Positions 27,865 through 37,567 of a DNA stretch of 64,000 nucleotides are shown here, one piece after another (position 1 is the first letter of the stretch; the number at the start of each line of letters is the position of its first letter). Where the stretch lies: NCBI GenBank assembly GCA_036960695.1, contig JBALXM010000002.1, positions 32,642 through 96,641 of the forward strand. The letters run 5' to 3'. Source of the stretch: Sneathiella sp. (GTDB lineage: Bacteria > Pseudomonadota > Alphaproteobacteria > Sneathiellales > Sneathiellaceae). Under the pieces are notes generated by a model, which had not been told where the DNA came from, did not search any database, and worked only from the letters and a program-made list of their open reading frames with translations. The translations under genes and the position numbers were made by a program.

Positions 27865-28049
27865 AATAAACTGTTCGCTTTGAATGTCTGTTAAAACAAT
27901 AGGAGCAATTTATCGGAACTTTATTAAAAAAAAAGTAACTTATAGATAAAATTTTATGAAGAATTTTCTAATATTTACAAGAGCTTAGGATAAAAATTAC
28001 TTATAATTTTAGTAATTTTTATCCTTCACATCTAATTTGAAATAGGCAT

Positions 28050-28080
28050 AAAAAAAAGGCCGGCTAATTGCCGACCTTTT
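28050..28080 (-). terminator. Rho-independent terminator after icd
   Basis: AAGGCCGGC-TAATT-GCCGACCTT with an 8-nt A-run on the plus strand. Confidence 0.8.
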
Positions 28081-28107
28081 CTCAAAATAGTGAGCTTAAA
28101 GGAGGAA

Positions 28108-29322
28108 TTAAGCCATTTCTTTTTTAAGATTTCTGTCCAACGCATCGAGGAACTGGTTTGTTGTCAACCAAGACTGATCTGGTCCAACGAGGAGTGCCAA
28201 ATCTTTTGTCATTTCGCCGCCTTCAACAGTCGCAACACAAACTTTTTCCAAAGTTTCAGCAAAATCCTTCAATGCCTCATTATCGTCGAGTTTTGCGCGG
28301 TGGAGAAGACCTCGTGACCAAGCGAAAATAGACGCAATTGGGTTTGTTGAAGTCTCTTTACCTTTTTGGTGCTCGCGATAATGGCGCGTTACCGTACCGT
28401 GGGCGGCTTCTGCTTCAACAGTTTGTCCATCTGGAGTCATCAAGACAGATGTCATCAGACCCAATGAGCCGAAACCCTGAGCCACAGTGTCGGACTGCAC
28501 GTCACCGTCGTAGTTCTTACAAGCCCAAACAAATTTGCCTGACCATTTCATAGCGCACGCAACCATGTCATCGATCAAGCGATGTTCATATGAAATGCCT
28601 GCATCTGCAAATTTAGTCTTAAATTCAGCCTGGAAAACTTCTTCGAATAGATCTTTAAAACGACCATCATATTTTTTCAAGATGGTGTTCTTAGTCGATA
28701 GGTACACAGGCCAGCCACGGTTAAGGCCGTAGTTCATGCAAGCCCGTGCAAATCCACGAATGGACTCATCAAGATTGTACATGCCCATTGCAACACCTGC
28801 ATCAGGGAAATCAAAGATTTCGAATTCCTGCGATTCACCACCATCAGCCGGTGTGTACTTCATCGTAAGTTTACCGGGGCCAGGGATCAGCATGTCAGTG
28901 GCACGATATTGATCACCAAAAGCATGACGACCGATAACAATCGGATCGGTCCAACCTGGAACCAGACGCGGAACATTTTCGCAAATGATTGGCTCACGGA
29001 ACACTGTGCCGCCTAGAATGTTACGAATAGTGCCGTTTGGTGAACGGTACATTTCTTTAAGATTGAACTCTGTAACGCGTTCTTCATCTGGAGTAATTGT
29101 TGCACATTTAACGCCAACGCCATATTTTTTGATGGCCTCTGCCGCATCAACAGTGATCTGGTCGTTCGTCGCATCGCGAGATTCCATACCAAGATCGTAA
29201 TATTTTAGATCAATGTCCAAATAGGGAAGGATGAGCTTGTTCTTAATGAAATCCCAGATTATCCGGGTCATTTCGTCTCCGTCCAGCTCTACTACTGGAT
29301 TAGCGACTTGAATCTTTTGCAT
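28108..29322 (-). CDS. icd: NADP-dependent isocitrate dehydrogenase (homodimeric, eukaryote-like subfamily)
   Basis: [51 protein letters not shown]. Confidence 0.97.
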   Translation of the reverse strand: MQKIQVANPVVELDGDEMTRIIWDFIKNKLILPYLDIDLKYYDLGMESRDATNDQITVDAAEAIKKYGVGVKCATITPDEERVTEFNLKEMYRSPNGTIRNILGGTVFREPIICENVPRLVPGWTDPIVIGRHAFGDQYRATDMLIPGPGKLTMKYTPADGGESQEFEIFDFPDAGVAMGMYNLDESIRGFARACMNYGLNRGWPVYLSTKNTILKKYDGRFKDLFEEVFQAEFKTKFADAGISYEHRLIDDMVACAMKWSGKFVWACKNYDGDVQSDTVAQGFGSLGLMTSVLMTPDGQTVEAEAAHGTVTRHYREHQKGKETSTNPIASIFAWSRGLLHRAKLDDNEALKDFAETLEKVCVATVEGGEMTKDLALLVGPDQSWLTTNQFLDALDRNLKKEMA

Positions 29323-29421
29323 TTCGAGATCCTTCTTTTCCTAACAAATTTTATTGATGGGCGCAAAATAGCATTGCCTGCGTAAGGTGCAAGTTGCGTG
29401 TGACGAAATAACGCAATTTTT

Positions 29422-30006
29422 TTACATTTTTGAAATATCGGGCTGTAATTTTGCGTCAGGCATGTGTTTTAAGGCAGGAAGTATGTCTTCCAGTCTCTCG
29501 ACAACCTGAAAAAAGGACTTTGCATGCTCTTCAACGAATCCCGCTTTAATCATGTGTTCCATTAAATCAAGGAAGGGTTGCCAGTAGTTTTTGTAATTTA
29601 CAAGGATGATAGGCTTGTCGTGCAATTGCAGCTGGCGCCAAGTAATCATCTCGAACGTCTCATCAAGCGTACCCAGCCCACCAGGCAGGACAATGAAGGC
29701 ATCTGAGCGTTCAAACATCATTTGTTTGCGTGTATGCATGCTGTCAACAATATGAAGTTCCGTCAAATTCTCGTGACTTACTTCAATATCATGTAGGTGC
29801 TCAGGGATAATACCGATAACCTGTCCCCCGGCGCCCAGTGTTGCATCTGCTGTTATACCCATCAGGCCAACATGTCCGCCGCCATATACTAATTGGATGC
29901 CTTGCTCCCCTAATTGCTGGCCCAAAGCTCTCGCAGCTTCGGTAAAAGCAGGGTCAATAGGCATTTTTGAGCCACAATAAACACAAAGAGAAGAAATCTT
30001 AGTCAT
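29422..30006 (-). CDS. LOG-family nucleotide phosphoribohydrolase (TIGR00730-like)
   Basis: CVYCGS, LVYGGGHVGLMG, MHTRK, PGGLGTLDE. Homology starts at MTKISSLCVYCGS (ATG 30006). Confidence 0.92.
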   Translation of the reverse strand: MTKISSLCVYCGSKMPIDPAFTEAARALGQQLGEQGIQLVYGGGHVGLMGITADATLGAGGQVIGIIPEHLHDIEVSHENLTELHIVDSMHTRKQMMFERSDAFIVLPGGLGTLDETFEMITWRQLQLHDKPIILVNYKNYWQPFLDLMEHMIKAGFVEEHAKSFFQVVERLEDILPALKHMPDAKLQPDISKM

Positions 30007-30403
30007 GAGAATACCCAAAATATTAATACGAATTATCGGTGTTTTTATTACCTCTCTTATGTGCGTTGTAGGACCCGCAGCGTCAAGCCTTGTTTTTGCG
30101 GGTACCGCAGATGTTCTGAATGTCAAAATAGTCAAGACTGAGGCCGACATTTACCGTTTTTCTGTAACGGTTCAACATGTCGATGAAGGATGGGATCATT
30201 ATGCAGACAGATGGGAAGTTCTTGATACGAAACGGGAAGTTCTGGGAACGCGTGTCTTGATGCATCCCCACGAGAATGAGCAGCCTTTTACAAGATCTAT
30301 GACCCTCTCTATTCCCATGCATGTAAAAACAGTCACTATTCGGGCCCATGATAAGGAGCACGGATATGGAGGCCAAGAAGTGAACATGGTTTTGCCAAAG
30401 TAA
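30005..30403 (+). CDS. Conserved hypothetical secreted His-rich beta protein
   Basis: Signal peptide, then H.DEGWDHYADRWEV...LGTRVLMHPHENEQPFTRS...RAHDKEHGYGG. Confidence 0.7.
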   Translation: MRIPKILIRIIGVFITSLMCVVGPAASSLVFAGTADVLNVKIVKTEADIYRFSVTVQHVDEGWDHYADRWEVLDTKREVLGTRVLMHPHENEQPFTRSMTLSIPMHVKTVTIRAHDKEHGYGGQEVNMVLPK

Positions 30404-30495
30404 GACATCGGTGCGGGGTTAAAAGCTCCAATGTTGCGTCCATGGTCCCAAGAGTCCATACTGTGAAAATTCAATAAACAACTGATGAGGCTGTC

Positions 30496-31584
30496 GTGCG
30501 GGTTTTTGGTATCTTAGTCTTTTTGCTTCTCGTCGGGGCCGCACTTTTTCTGCTTTGGGGCAACGACGATCCAGTTTTGGCCGAACGGCCGATCAAACCA
30601 GCGGGTAAAATTCAGGAAGACACCAAGTTGGTAGTCTCTGAAAAAACCGATAAAACAAATGCTGTTATTATTGAAAAAGAAAATCAACCGACTGTTGCCA
30701 AGGGGGCAATAGCTGCAATGGCATCCCCACGATTTGATGTTGTGCGGGTCGATGAAAATTGCGGTTTATTGGTTGCTGGAAGAGCTGAACCAACAGCGGT
30801 TTTACAAATTTATGCTGGCGAGAATGTTCTAGGGAGCGTTACGGCAGATCGGCGCGGTGAATGGGTGTTTGTTTCTGATGCAGCGTTGACCGCTGGCGCG
30901 CAAAAAATTAATGTTAAAGCGAAAAACCCAGATGGCCGTGAAGTTGAGACTGCGCGCCTTGTTGTTATGCAAGTTCCCGATTGCAGTAAAAATATAGAAA
31001 ACAGGCAGCCAGCCATTGCGATTTTGACTCCTAAAAATAAAGATCACAGTGCATTTGACAAGCGTGTCTCAAAATTACTTCAAATGCCAGAGCCTAAGGG
31101 AGATTTAACGGCAGCCAAAAATCTTTCCGTTGGCAGCATTGATTATAATGACACTGGGAATGTTGCTCTATCTGGTCAGGGGACGCCCGGCAATGACGTG
31201 CAGGTTTATGTTCAAAACAAACCTGTGGGGACCGCTAAGGTTGATAAAGACGGTAATTGGTCGTTGACCCCTGAAACAGAAATTCCTGCAGGCAAATATA
31301 AATTGCGTGCGGATCAGCTCGATCAAAAAGGCAATGTAATCTCACGGGTGGAATTACCGTTTCAACGCGCTTCTGCTGACGATGTAATTCTGGCTAAGGG
31401 CGGCCTTGAAATTCGAGCTATCGTTCAACCGGGGAACAGTTTGTGGCGAATTGCCCGTCGTATGTATGGGGAAGGGACCGAATATACCATGATCTACCAA
31501 GCCAATCAGGAACAGATTAAGGACCCTAACCTAATTTTCCCCGGGCAAATTTTTAAATTACCGTCAGAAAAAGTACCAAACTAG
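30496..31584 (+). CDS. Membrane-anchored Ig-like / LysM peptidoglycan-binding protein
   Basis: N-terminal TM, two Ig-like repeats (G.AEP.A.L.I..., G.GTPG..V.V), C-terminal VQPGNSLWRIARRMYGEG..Y..IY.AN..QI.DPNLIFPGQIF. Confidence 0.9.
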   Translation: MRVFGILVFLLLVGAALFLLWGNDDPVLAERPIKPAGKIQEDTKLVVSEKTDKTNAVIIEKENQPTVAKGAIAAMASPRFDVVRVDENCGLLVAGRAEPTAVLQIYAGENVLGSVTADRRGEWVFVSDAALTAGAQKINVKAKNPDGREVETARLVVMQVPDCSKNIENRQPAIAILTPKNKDHSAFDKRVSKLLQMPEPKGDLTAAKNLSVGSIDYNDTGNVALSGQGTPGNDVQVYVQNKPVGTAKVDKDGNWSLTPETEIPAGKYKLRADQLDQKGNVISRVELPFQRASADDVILAKGGLEIRAIVQPGNSLWRIARRMYGEGTEYTMIYQANQEQIKDPNLIFPGQIFKLPSEKVPN

Positions 31585-31592
31585 AAGATAAC

Positions 31593-32090
31593 CTAGTTAT
31601 CATCTAGTTTATGAGGGACAACATTCAGGTCACGGGGTGTTGTGTCTGCCGGGTGCTGCCAGCCAATTTCTCTTGCAAGTTCAAGGAAGGGGCGGGCATG
31701 GAGCAGAGACGTGATGGCAGATGAGATTAAATGAGTCCCCGTTAAATCACCTTCCAAGATATCATCTATCATCAGATAAATTTGGTGACGGATTGGATCC
31801 ATAACGAATTTGACCCGTTCTTCATCGGGTTTCCACGCAAGGAGCATTAGGAGACGTTCTCTATAATCAGGACTTTCTGCGGAATAAGGTAAGGGGCCTA
31901 GATTTCCTAGAAAAACCAGCCTGTGCTTGTCTTCTACTTTGCTTAATTTTGCGGAAAACTCAACCTTTTCCCAGTTGAACCGAAAGGCAAGTGGTGACTT
32001 AGGTGTTGCCCAACTTAACTTCTCTTGGCCTTCTTTTAATAAGGCTTCAAAGTCTGTCACGGTTTGTGAAGAGGGGGCGCTCACGGTCAT
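31593..32090 (-). CDS. Hypothetical protein
   Basis: Open frame between two real genes with a globular composition (FRFNW..., LGPLPYSAE...R..LL). Start uncertain (32090 or 32153). Confidence 0.55.
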   Translation of the reverse strand: MTVSAPSSQTVTDFEALLKEGQEKLSWATPKSPLAFRFNWEKVEFSAKLSKVEDKHRLVFLGNLGPLPYSAESPDYRERLLMLLAWKPDEERVKFVMDPIRHQIYLMIDDILEGDLTGTHLISSAITSLLHARPFLELAREIGWQHPADTTPRDLNVVPHKLDDN

Positions 32091-32214
32091 TGGGCTATCT
32101 TTTAATCCATCTACTGTTTTCAACCGGTATCCAGTTAATGATACTATCGTCACAAGTAGTTAAAATTTTGGTAACTCAACTCACTAATTTCCATTATGCT
32201 TTTAAAAAATAGAA

Positions 32215-34065
32215 ATGGAAAACATGGATAATACAAAATTTGACAGTCACGCAGAATCTTCTAAACGAAGTCACATCTCTACCGCGTTGACATTATTGAC
32301 CTTTGTCTGGAGCCGTGATCGGGTTGATTTGAAGTTCCGTGTGTTTTTGGCGATGGGTTTTTTGATTGCAGCTGAAATCGCTGCAGTATACTCACCCTTT
32401 ATTCTCAAATATCTTGTGGACGACTTGACCGGAGAGGGGAGCACTGCCAACCCCCTTATCGTCGTCCCCATAGCGCTTGTTATTGCCTACGGCGCGGCTC
32501 GAGTATTCCAGCAGGGGTTTGGGGAGCTGCGTGATGCGGTCTTTGCCAAGGTTGGTCAGAACGCTATCAGGCAAGTTTCTTTAAGGACTTTCAAACATTT
32601 ACACCGTTTGTCTTTGCGGTTCCATATGGATCGCCAAACGGGTGGTCTTAGCCGTGTTATTGAACGGGGGACGAAGGGGATTGATTTTCTTCTTCGCTTT
32701 ATGTTGTTCAACATCGTCCCGACACTTTTGAAAATCGTTTTCATATGCGGAATTATGTGGGTCGAGTATGGGATTGCTATGTCCTTGATTACGGCGGCAA
32801 CCCTGATCGGGTATATTTACTTTACCCTTGCTGTGACAGAATGGCGCCTGAAATACCGGCGGACAATGAATGAAAAAGACAGTGAAGCAAACACCAAGGC
32901 AATTGATAGCCTGCTGAACTTTGAGACCGTAAAATATTTTGGAAATGAAGAGCATGAAAGCCGGCGGTTTGACTCGGCCATAGCCGGCTACGAGAAAGCG
33001 GCAGTCAAAAGCCAAACGACCCTTGCATACTTAAATATCGGGCAAGGGTTCATTATCAGTACCGGAATTGTTCTTGTCATGTATCTTTCAGCCCAAGGGG
33101 TTGCGAACGGTACAATGACAGTTGGTGACTTTGTCGCTGCTCATGCCTTTTTAATGCTTCTTATTCAGCCTCTCAATTTTCTGGGTTTTGTATATCGCGA
33201 GATTAAACAAAGCCTAGTTGATATGGAGAAGATGTTTGAATTGTTAAGTATAAACAGAGAGGTAGATGACATTGCTGACGCTACGGTTTTAAAAGAAGGG
33301 TCGGGCGAAATCGAATTCCACAATGTTAATTTTGGCTATGAAGAAGAACGTCAGATTTTACATGACGTCTCTTTTAAAGTTAAAGCCGGTCAAAAAGTGG
33401 CAATTGTCGGGCCTTCCGGGGCTGGAAAATCGACTATTTCTCGAATTTTATTCAGATTTTATGACGTGAATAGCGGCCGTGTTACGATCGATGGGCAAGA
33501 TATCAAAGATGTGACGCAAACATCTTTACGCGCGGCAATTGGTATTGTTCCTCAAGACACGGTCCTGTTTAATGATACTGTTCGGTATAATGTCGGATAT
33601 GGACGTCCAGACGCCAGTAACGAAGAGATTGAAGAGGCTGCCCGACTTGCAAGTATTGACGGGTTCATTGAAAAACTACCCGATGGTTATAATGCTATGG
33701 TTGGGGAGCGCGGTCTTAAACTCTCTGGCGGCGAAAAACAGCGGGTAGCAATTGCCCGGACAATATTAAAAGCACCGAGAATATTGCTGTTTGATGAAGC
33801 GACTTCTGCTCTTGATTCTCGAACAGAGAAAGAAATCCAGAAAAGTTTGAAAGAAGTCTCCAAAGACCGAACAACGCTGGTTATTGCCCATCGTTTGTCA
33901 ACAGTGACAGATGCGGATGAAATTCTTGTTTTGGACGGCGGACACATTGTCGAGAGGGGTAATCATCATCAATTGTTGGAAAAACAGGGCCAATATGCTG
34001 ATATGTGGGCGAGACAGCAAGAGGTTGAAGATTACCAGGAGAAACTGGCTCAGGCGCTCAGTTAA
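32215..34065 (+). CDS. Atm1/ABCB7-like ABC exporter (fused TMD-NBD)
   Basis: LSLRFHMDRQTGGLSRVIERG, SLLNFETVKYFGNE, GPSGAGKS, LSGGEKQRVAIAR, DEATSALD. Confidence 0.92.
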   Translation: MENMDNTKFDSHAESSKRSHISTALTLLTFVWSRDRVDLKFRVFLAMGFLIAAEIAAVYSPFILKYLVDDLTGEGSTANPLIVVPIALVIAYGAARVFQQGFGELRDAVFAKVGQNAIRQVSLRTFKHLHRLSLRFHMDRQTGGLSRVIERGTKGIDFLLRFMLFNIVPTLLKIVFICGIMWVEYGIAMSLITAATLIGYIYFTLAVTEWRLKYRRTMNEKDSEANTKAIDSLLNFETVKYFGNEEHESRRFDSAIAGYEKAAVKSQTTLAYLNIGQGFIISTGIVLVMYLSAQGVANGTMTVGDFVAAHAFLMLLIQPLNFLGFVYREIKQSLVDMEKMFELLSINREVDDIADATVLKEGSGEIEFHNVNFGYEEERQILHDVSFKVKAGQKVAIVGPSGAGKSTISRILFRFYDVNSGRVTIDGQDIKDVTQTSLRAAIGIVPQDTVLFNDTVRYNVGYGRPDASNEEIEEAARLASIDGFIEKLPDGYNAMVGERGLKLSGGEKQRVAIARTILKAPRILLFDEATSALDSRTEKEIQKSLKEVSKDRTTLVIAHRLSTVTDADEILVLDGGHIVERGNHHQLLEKQGQYADMWARQQEVEDYQEKLAQALS

Positions 34066-34162
34066 GGTTAAATGATCGCTTATGTATCTTTATAGTTCTT
34101 TTTGTCGCCCGCTTGCGCTATAGGGCTATGATGCAATTGAAGTTATTTGAAAGACGATTGAC

Positions 34163-34861
34163 ATGGATACGTTAAAATCAGTTTTGGTGCCTATTAATAA
34201 AGAAGGCCATCGCTTTATTGCCATCTTTGCGGCAGTAACCGCGGCACTGTTTATTTTTACAGGCCCAATCCTTGGATGGGCCGGTGTTGTGCTGACATTG
34301 TGGTGCGTCTACTTTTTCCGTGATCCAGATCGTCATGTTCCAACAAGGGAAGGGTTACTTGTTAGCCCTGCTGATGGCGTTGTGCAGATGATCGAACGGT
34401 CTGTCCCTCCTGAAGAGCTTGGCATGGGATCTGATCCTCTTTTACGTATAAGTGTTTTCTTGAATGTCTTTAATGTTCATGTAAATCGTATTCCACTCGG
34501 TGGTACGGTTATCAAGCAGGTATACCGTCCTGGTAAATTCTTGAATGCTGCTTTGGATAAAGCGTCCGAAGAAAATGAACGTCATGCGGTTCACGTTCGT
34601 ACGGAAGATGGATTGGATATCGTTTTTGTTCAAATCGCAGGCCTAGTTGCCCGCCGTATTGTCTGCCATTTAAGTGATGGTCAAGAAGTCCGGACAGGAG
34701 AGCGTTTCGGGTTGATCCGTTTTGGTAGCCGCACTGATATTTATTTACCAGAAGGCATCGAGCCGCTTATTGGTGTGGGTCAAAATATGATCGGCGGAGA
34801 AACTATCATCGCGGATCTTAAAGCTAAAAACGAGTCACCAATTACGGTTGAGGTTCGATAA
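34163..34861 (+). CDS. psd: Phosphatidylserine decarboxylase proenzyme
   Basis: [31 protein letters not shown], self-cleavage RFGSRTD. Confidence 0.95.
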   Translation: MDTLKSVLVPINKEGHRFIAIFAAVTAALFIFTGPILGWAGVVLTLWCVYFFRDPDRHVPTREGLLVSPADGVVQMIERSVPPEELGMGSDPLLRISVFLNVFNVHVNRIPLGGTVIKQVYRPGKFLNAALDKASEENERHAVHVRTEDGLDIVFVQIAGLVARRIVCHLSDGQEVRTGERFGLIRFGSRTDIYLPEGIEPLIGVGQNMIGGETIIADLKAKNESPITVEVR

Positions 34862-34862
34862 T

Positions 34863-35684
34863 ATGTCTAGTGGCCGCCGGAAACTAAGGGAACTTCCCCT
34901 TAATTCACTTATCCCTAACATGCTGACGACGCTTGCTTTATGTGCAGGTTTGACGTCAGTTCGCTTCGCATTGGAGCAACGTTGGGAATGGGCTGTGGCG
35001 GCCATATTGATTGCAGGTATCCTTGACGGTCTTGATGGGCGCATGGCGCGCTTGTTGAAGGGAAGTTCACGCTTTGGGGCGGAGTTGGATTCACTCGCTG
35101 ATTTCGTCAGTTTTGGTGTGGCACCCGCTCTTGTCCTCTATTTGTGGACACTCGATCGGGGCCTCGGCGGGTTGGGCTGGATTATAGCGTTAGTCTTTAC
35201 AGTTTCCTGCGGTTTACGTCTGGCGCGGTTTAATTCCATGTTGGATGAAGAAACACCAGCGTGGGAATCCCGGTATTTTACAGGCATTGCAGCACCAGCA
35301 GGGGCCGCAATTTCATTGTTATTCATGGTCATAAGTTTTTATTCTGACAGTGAAATTTTTGAATCCAGCATTCTAAATGCCGCGTGGTTGCTTGTTATTG
35401 CCTTTCTTATGGCGAGCCGTATTCCGACATTTTCAATAAAGCGTGTTGCCATAAATAAGCGATTTATTATGGCTTTTCTTGTTCTTGTGGGCGGGCTGGC
35501 CGCTGTTATGGCAAGTTATCCGTGGCAGCTGCTAACCGGTGCTGCACTGGCCTATTTGGGAACAATCCCATTTTCTGTTGCAAGCCACCGTCGCCTTGTA
35601 AAAGAAGAGAAACGAAAAGCGCAAATTGACAAAGAATTGGCAGATCGTAGCGACGATAAAGACGAGCCTAAAACGTCTGAATAG
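34863..35684 (+). CDS. pssA: CDP-diacylglycerol--serine O-phosphatidyltransferase
   Basis: DGLDGRMARLL...FGAELDSLADFVSFGVAP CDP-alcohol motif; follows psd. Confidence 0.93.
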   Translation: MSSGRRKLRELPLNSLIPNMLTTLALCAGLTSVRFALEQRWEWAVAAILIAGILDGLDGRMARLLKGSSRFGAELDSLADFVSFGVAPALVLYLWTLDRGLGGLGWIIALVFTVSCGLRLARFNSMLDEETPAWESRYFTGIAAPAGAAISLLFMVISFYSDSEIFESSILNAAWLLVIAFLMASRIPTFSIKRVAINKRFIMAFLVLVGGLAAVMASYPWQLLTGAALAYLGTIPFSVASHRRLVKEEKRKAQIDKELADRSDDKDEPKTSE

Positions 35685-35713
35685 ACACGATGCTGTTTTC
35701 TTTTTAACGCCTT

Positions 35714-36904
35714 TTATTGAGCTTTAACCCATTGTTTGAAAATTTTTCGCAGCTGGGCTGAAGATCCTGGATCTTTCCGGTAACTGAATTTGATCATTAC
35801 TTTACCGGATGGGGGATGTATGGCGAGTATTTGGCCTGCATATCCTAATCCCCAAAAGCTTGATGACATGGGATCATGTATCCACCATTGATACCCATAT
35901 CCTTGAAAATAAGTACCGTGTCCAGTGGGGATGTTAATTTGAGTAGTCGTCGCTTTTTTAAGGTATCTTGAATAACAATCTTGAGACTCTAAACTGTCTA
36001 AAATCCAAAGCGCAATACGCCCCCAGTCTTTTAAAGCTACTTGAAAGCCTGCATTGGCAATGGTTGAACCATTCCGGTCAGCTTCCCAATGCCCTGAATT
36101 AGCACCGCGTATATTTTGCCAAATCATTTTATCGAAATATGCCGCTGTAGAAGCTCCGCTTTTAACTTCAATTATTTTACTGACTGTGAGCGTATCGCCA
36201 GCCTTATATTGAAATTTTTCTCCGGGCTTATATCTGGGTTTCCAGAAAACCTTATTCCAAATTGTACCCCATAGAACGTCTTCGATTGTTACTTGCCCTA
36301 AACGTATTGGCCAAATTTCCCCGCTATAGGGTTTACCGGTTCTCGGGTTTTTCCCAATGTTATCTTTATAACCTGGTTGTCCGCGTTTAATCGGCGCATA
36401 AGCACCGGAGCTCATTGTCAAAAGCTGCCTTATTGTACTTTTTCCATAACTACTATTACCCAGCTCAGGAATAAGCGTGTTGGCTGTAATATCAAGATTA
36501 GGTATGGCACCCGAACATAGAAGCTTTCCAAGCGCGAGGCTCGTCATACTTTTCCCTATGCTCATACTATAAAATTCTGACGTAGGGGTTCCTTTGCCCT
36601 GATATTCTTCCATAAGTATCTGACCATGATCGATTAACAATAAGCCGGTGGTCGCCGGAAATTTCACCAGATAATTTGAAAGGGCATCGGTAATAATTTT
36701 ATTGGAATTTTGAGATTTTATGTGTGATGGCATAGGCGGAAGTGGGCGCGGATTTGAGTGGGGCTCAAACTTATACGGCGTTGTCTTGCCGATTGTAATA
36801 TAACCACCCAGATTATATTGCTCTTTCATCGCAGTTGGTCTGGCGTGGGCTGCGAAGGGCACTAGAAAAAGTGCCAGTATCAGAATTATGAATTTTGCAT
36901 TCAT
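35714..36904 (-). CDS. Secreted serine hydrolase, beta-lactamase/PBP-like family
   Basis: Signal peptide; SxxK (SIGK), LLTMSSG, FQY, YGYQWW, GYAGQ. Confidence 0.85.
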   Translation of the reverse strand: MNAKFIILILALFLVPFAAHARPTAMKEQYNLGGYITIGKTTPYKFEPHSNPRPLPPMPSHIKSQNSNKIITDALSNYLVKFPATTGLLLIDHGQILMEEYQGKGTPTSEFYSMSIGKSMTSLALGKLLCSGAIPNLDITANTLIPELGNSSYGKSTIRQLLTMSSGAYAPIKRGQPGYKDNIGKNPRTGKPYSGEIWPIRLGQVTIEDVLWGTIWNKVFWKPRYKPGEKFQYKAGDTLTVSKIIEVKSGASTAAYFDKMIWQNIRGANSGHWEADRNGSTIANAGFQVALKDWGRIALWILDSLESQDCYSRYLKKATTTQINIPTGHGTYFQGYGYQWWIHDPMSSSFWGLGYAGQILAIHPPSGKVMIKFSYRKDPGSSAQLRKIFKQWVKAQ

Positions 36905-36916
36905 GAGACGCTTTTA

Positions 36917-37465
36917 TTACCCCATCTTTTCTCGAGAGACATAGTTATTCAGGGAGGAGAAGAAAGACATCGTTTCTTCTCGCAAAGGACCCTTCTCAAA
37001 AGCTGTTAAGGAGGCCGGAGTCCAACCTTCCGGCGGAGTTAAAGCTTGAACAAGGTTGAAATGTTTCAGCTTATCTTCTTTAGAGAGAGGTAATTTCTCT
37101 GAGACCTCTAACAACTGTAAAAGTTCGTGAATTTGACGCATAGGCCTGAACGCTTCAGACATGGGCCGTAGCAAAGATATGTCTTGTTGCCATGACTTTC
37201 CGCCAAAGACTTCTTGTGTGACCCGTTGACCTGCCCCATGGCAATTAAATTGGATGCAGCCGCCAAACCCTCGATCATCCAACGTGTCGTGTATTTTGCA
37301 AAGACCGTTTGCCGCAAGGTTAGGACAAGGTTCTCCCGCTTCCTTATCAATTGCAAATTTGTTTGATTTGTCAAAAGCGAGCATAACGCAGCAAAGAGAG
37401 GCACAGCGCGAACAGTCAGGCAATAAAGAAATAGGGGGCATAGGTGAGGCTCTTGAGAAAGTCAT
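36917..37465 (-). CDS. Cys-rich hypothetical protein (CxxCxxxCC metal-cluster type)
   Basis: DCSRCASLCC, PCPNL...CKIH, GC..FNCHGAGQ. Confidence 0.65.
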   Translation of the reverse strand: MTFSRASPMPPISLLPDCSRCASLCCVMLAFDKSNKFAIDKEAGEPCPNLAANGLCKIHDTLDDRGFGGCIQFNCHGAGQRVTQEVFGGKSWQQDISLLRPMSEAFRPMRQIHELLQLLEVSEKLPLSKEDKLKHFNLVQALTPPEGWTPASLTAFEKGPLREETMSFFSSLNNYVSREKMG

Positions 37466-37531
37466 AGCGTGTATCTAAGCGTATAGCCTCTATCGCTCAG
37501 ATACAATGCTTAGAGGTTGTTGTGGTGCAAT

Positions 37532-37560
37532 AAAAAAGGCGCCCCGAAGGACGCCTTTTT
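37532..37560 (-). terminator. Rho-independent terminator after the RND permease
   Basis: AAAAAAGGCG-CCCCGAAGGA-CGCCTTTTT. Confidence 0.8.
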
Positions 37561-37567
37561 ATCTGTT

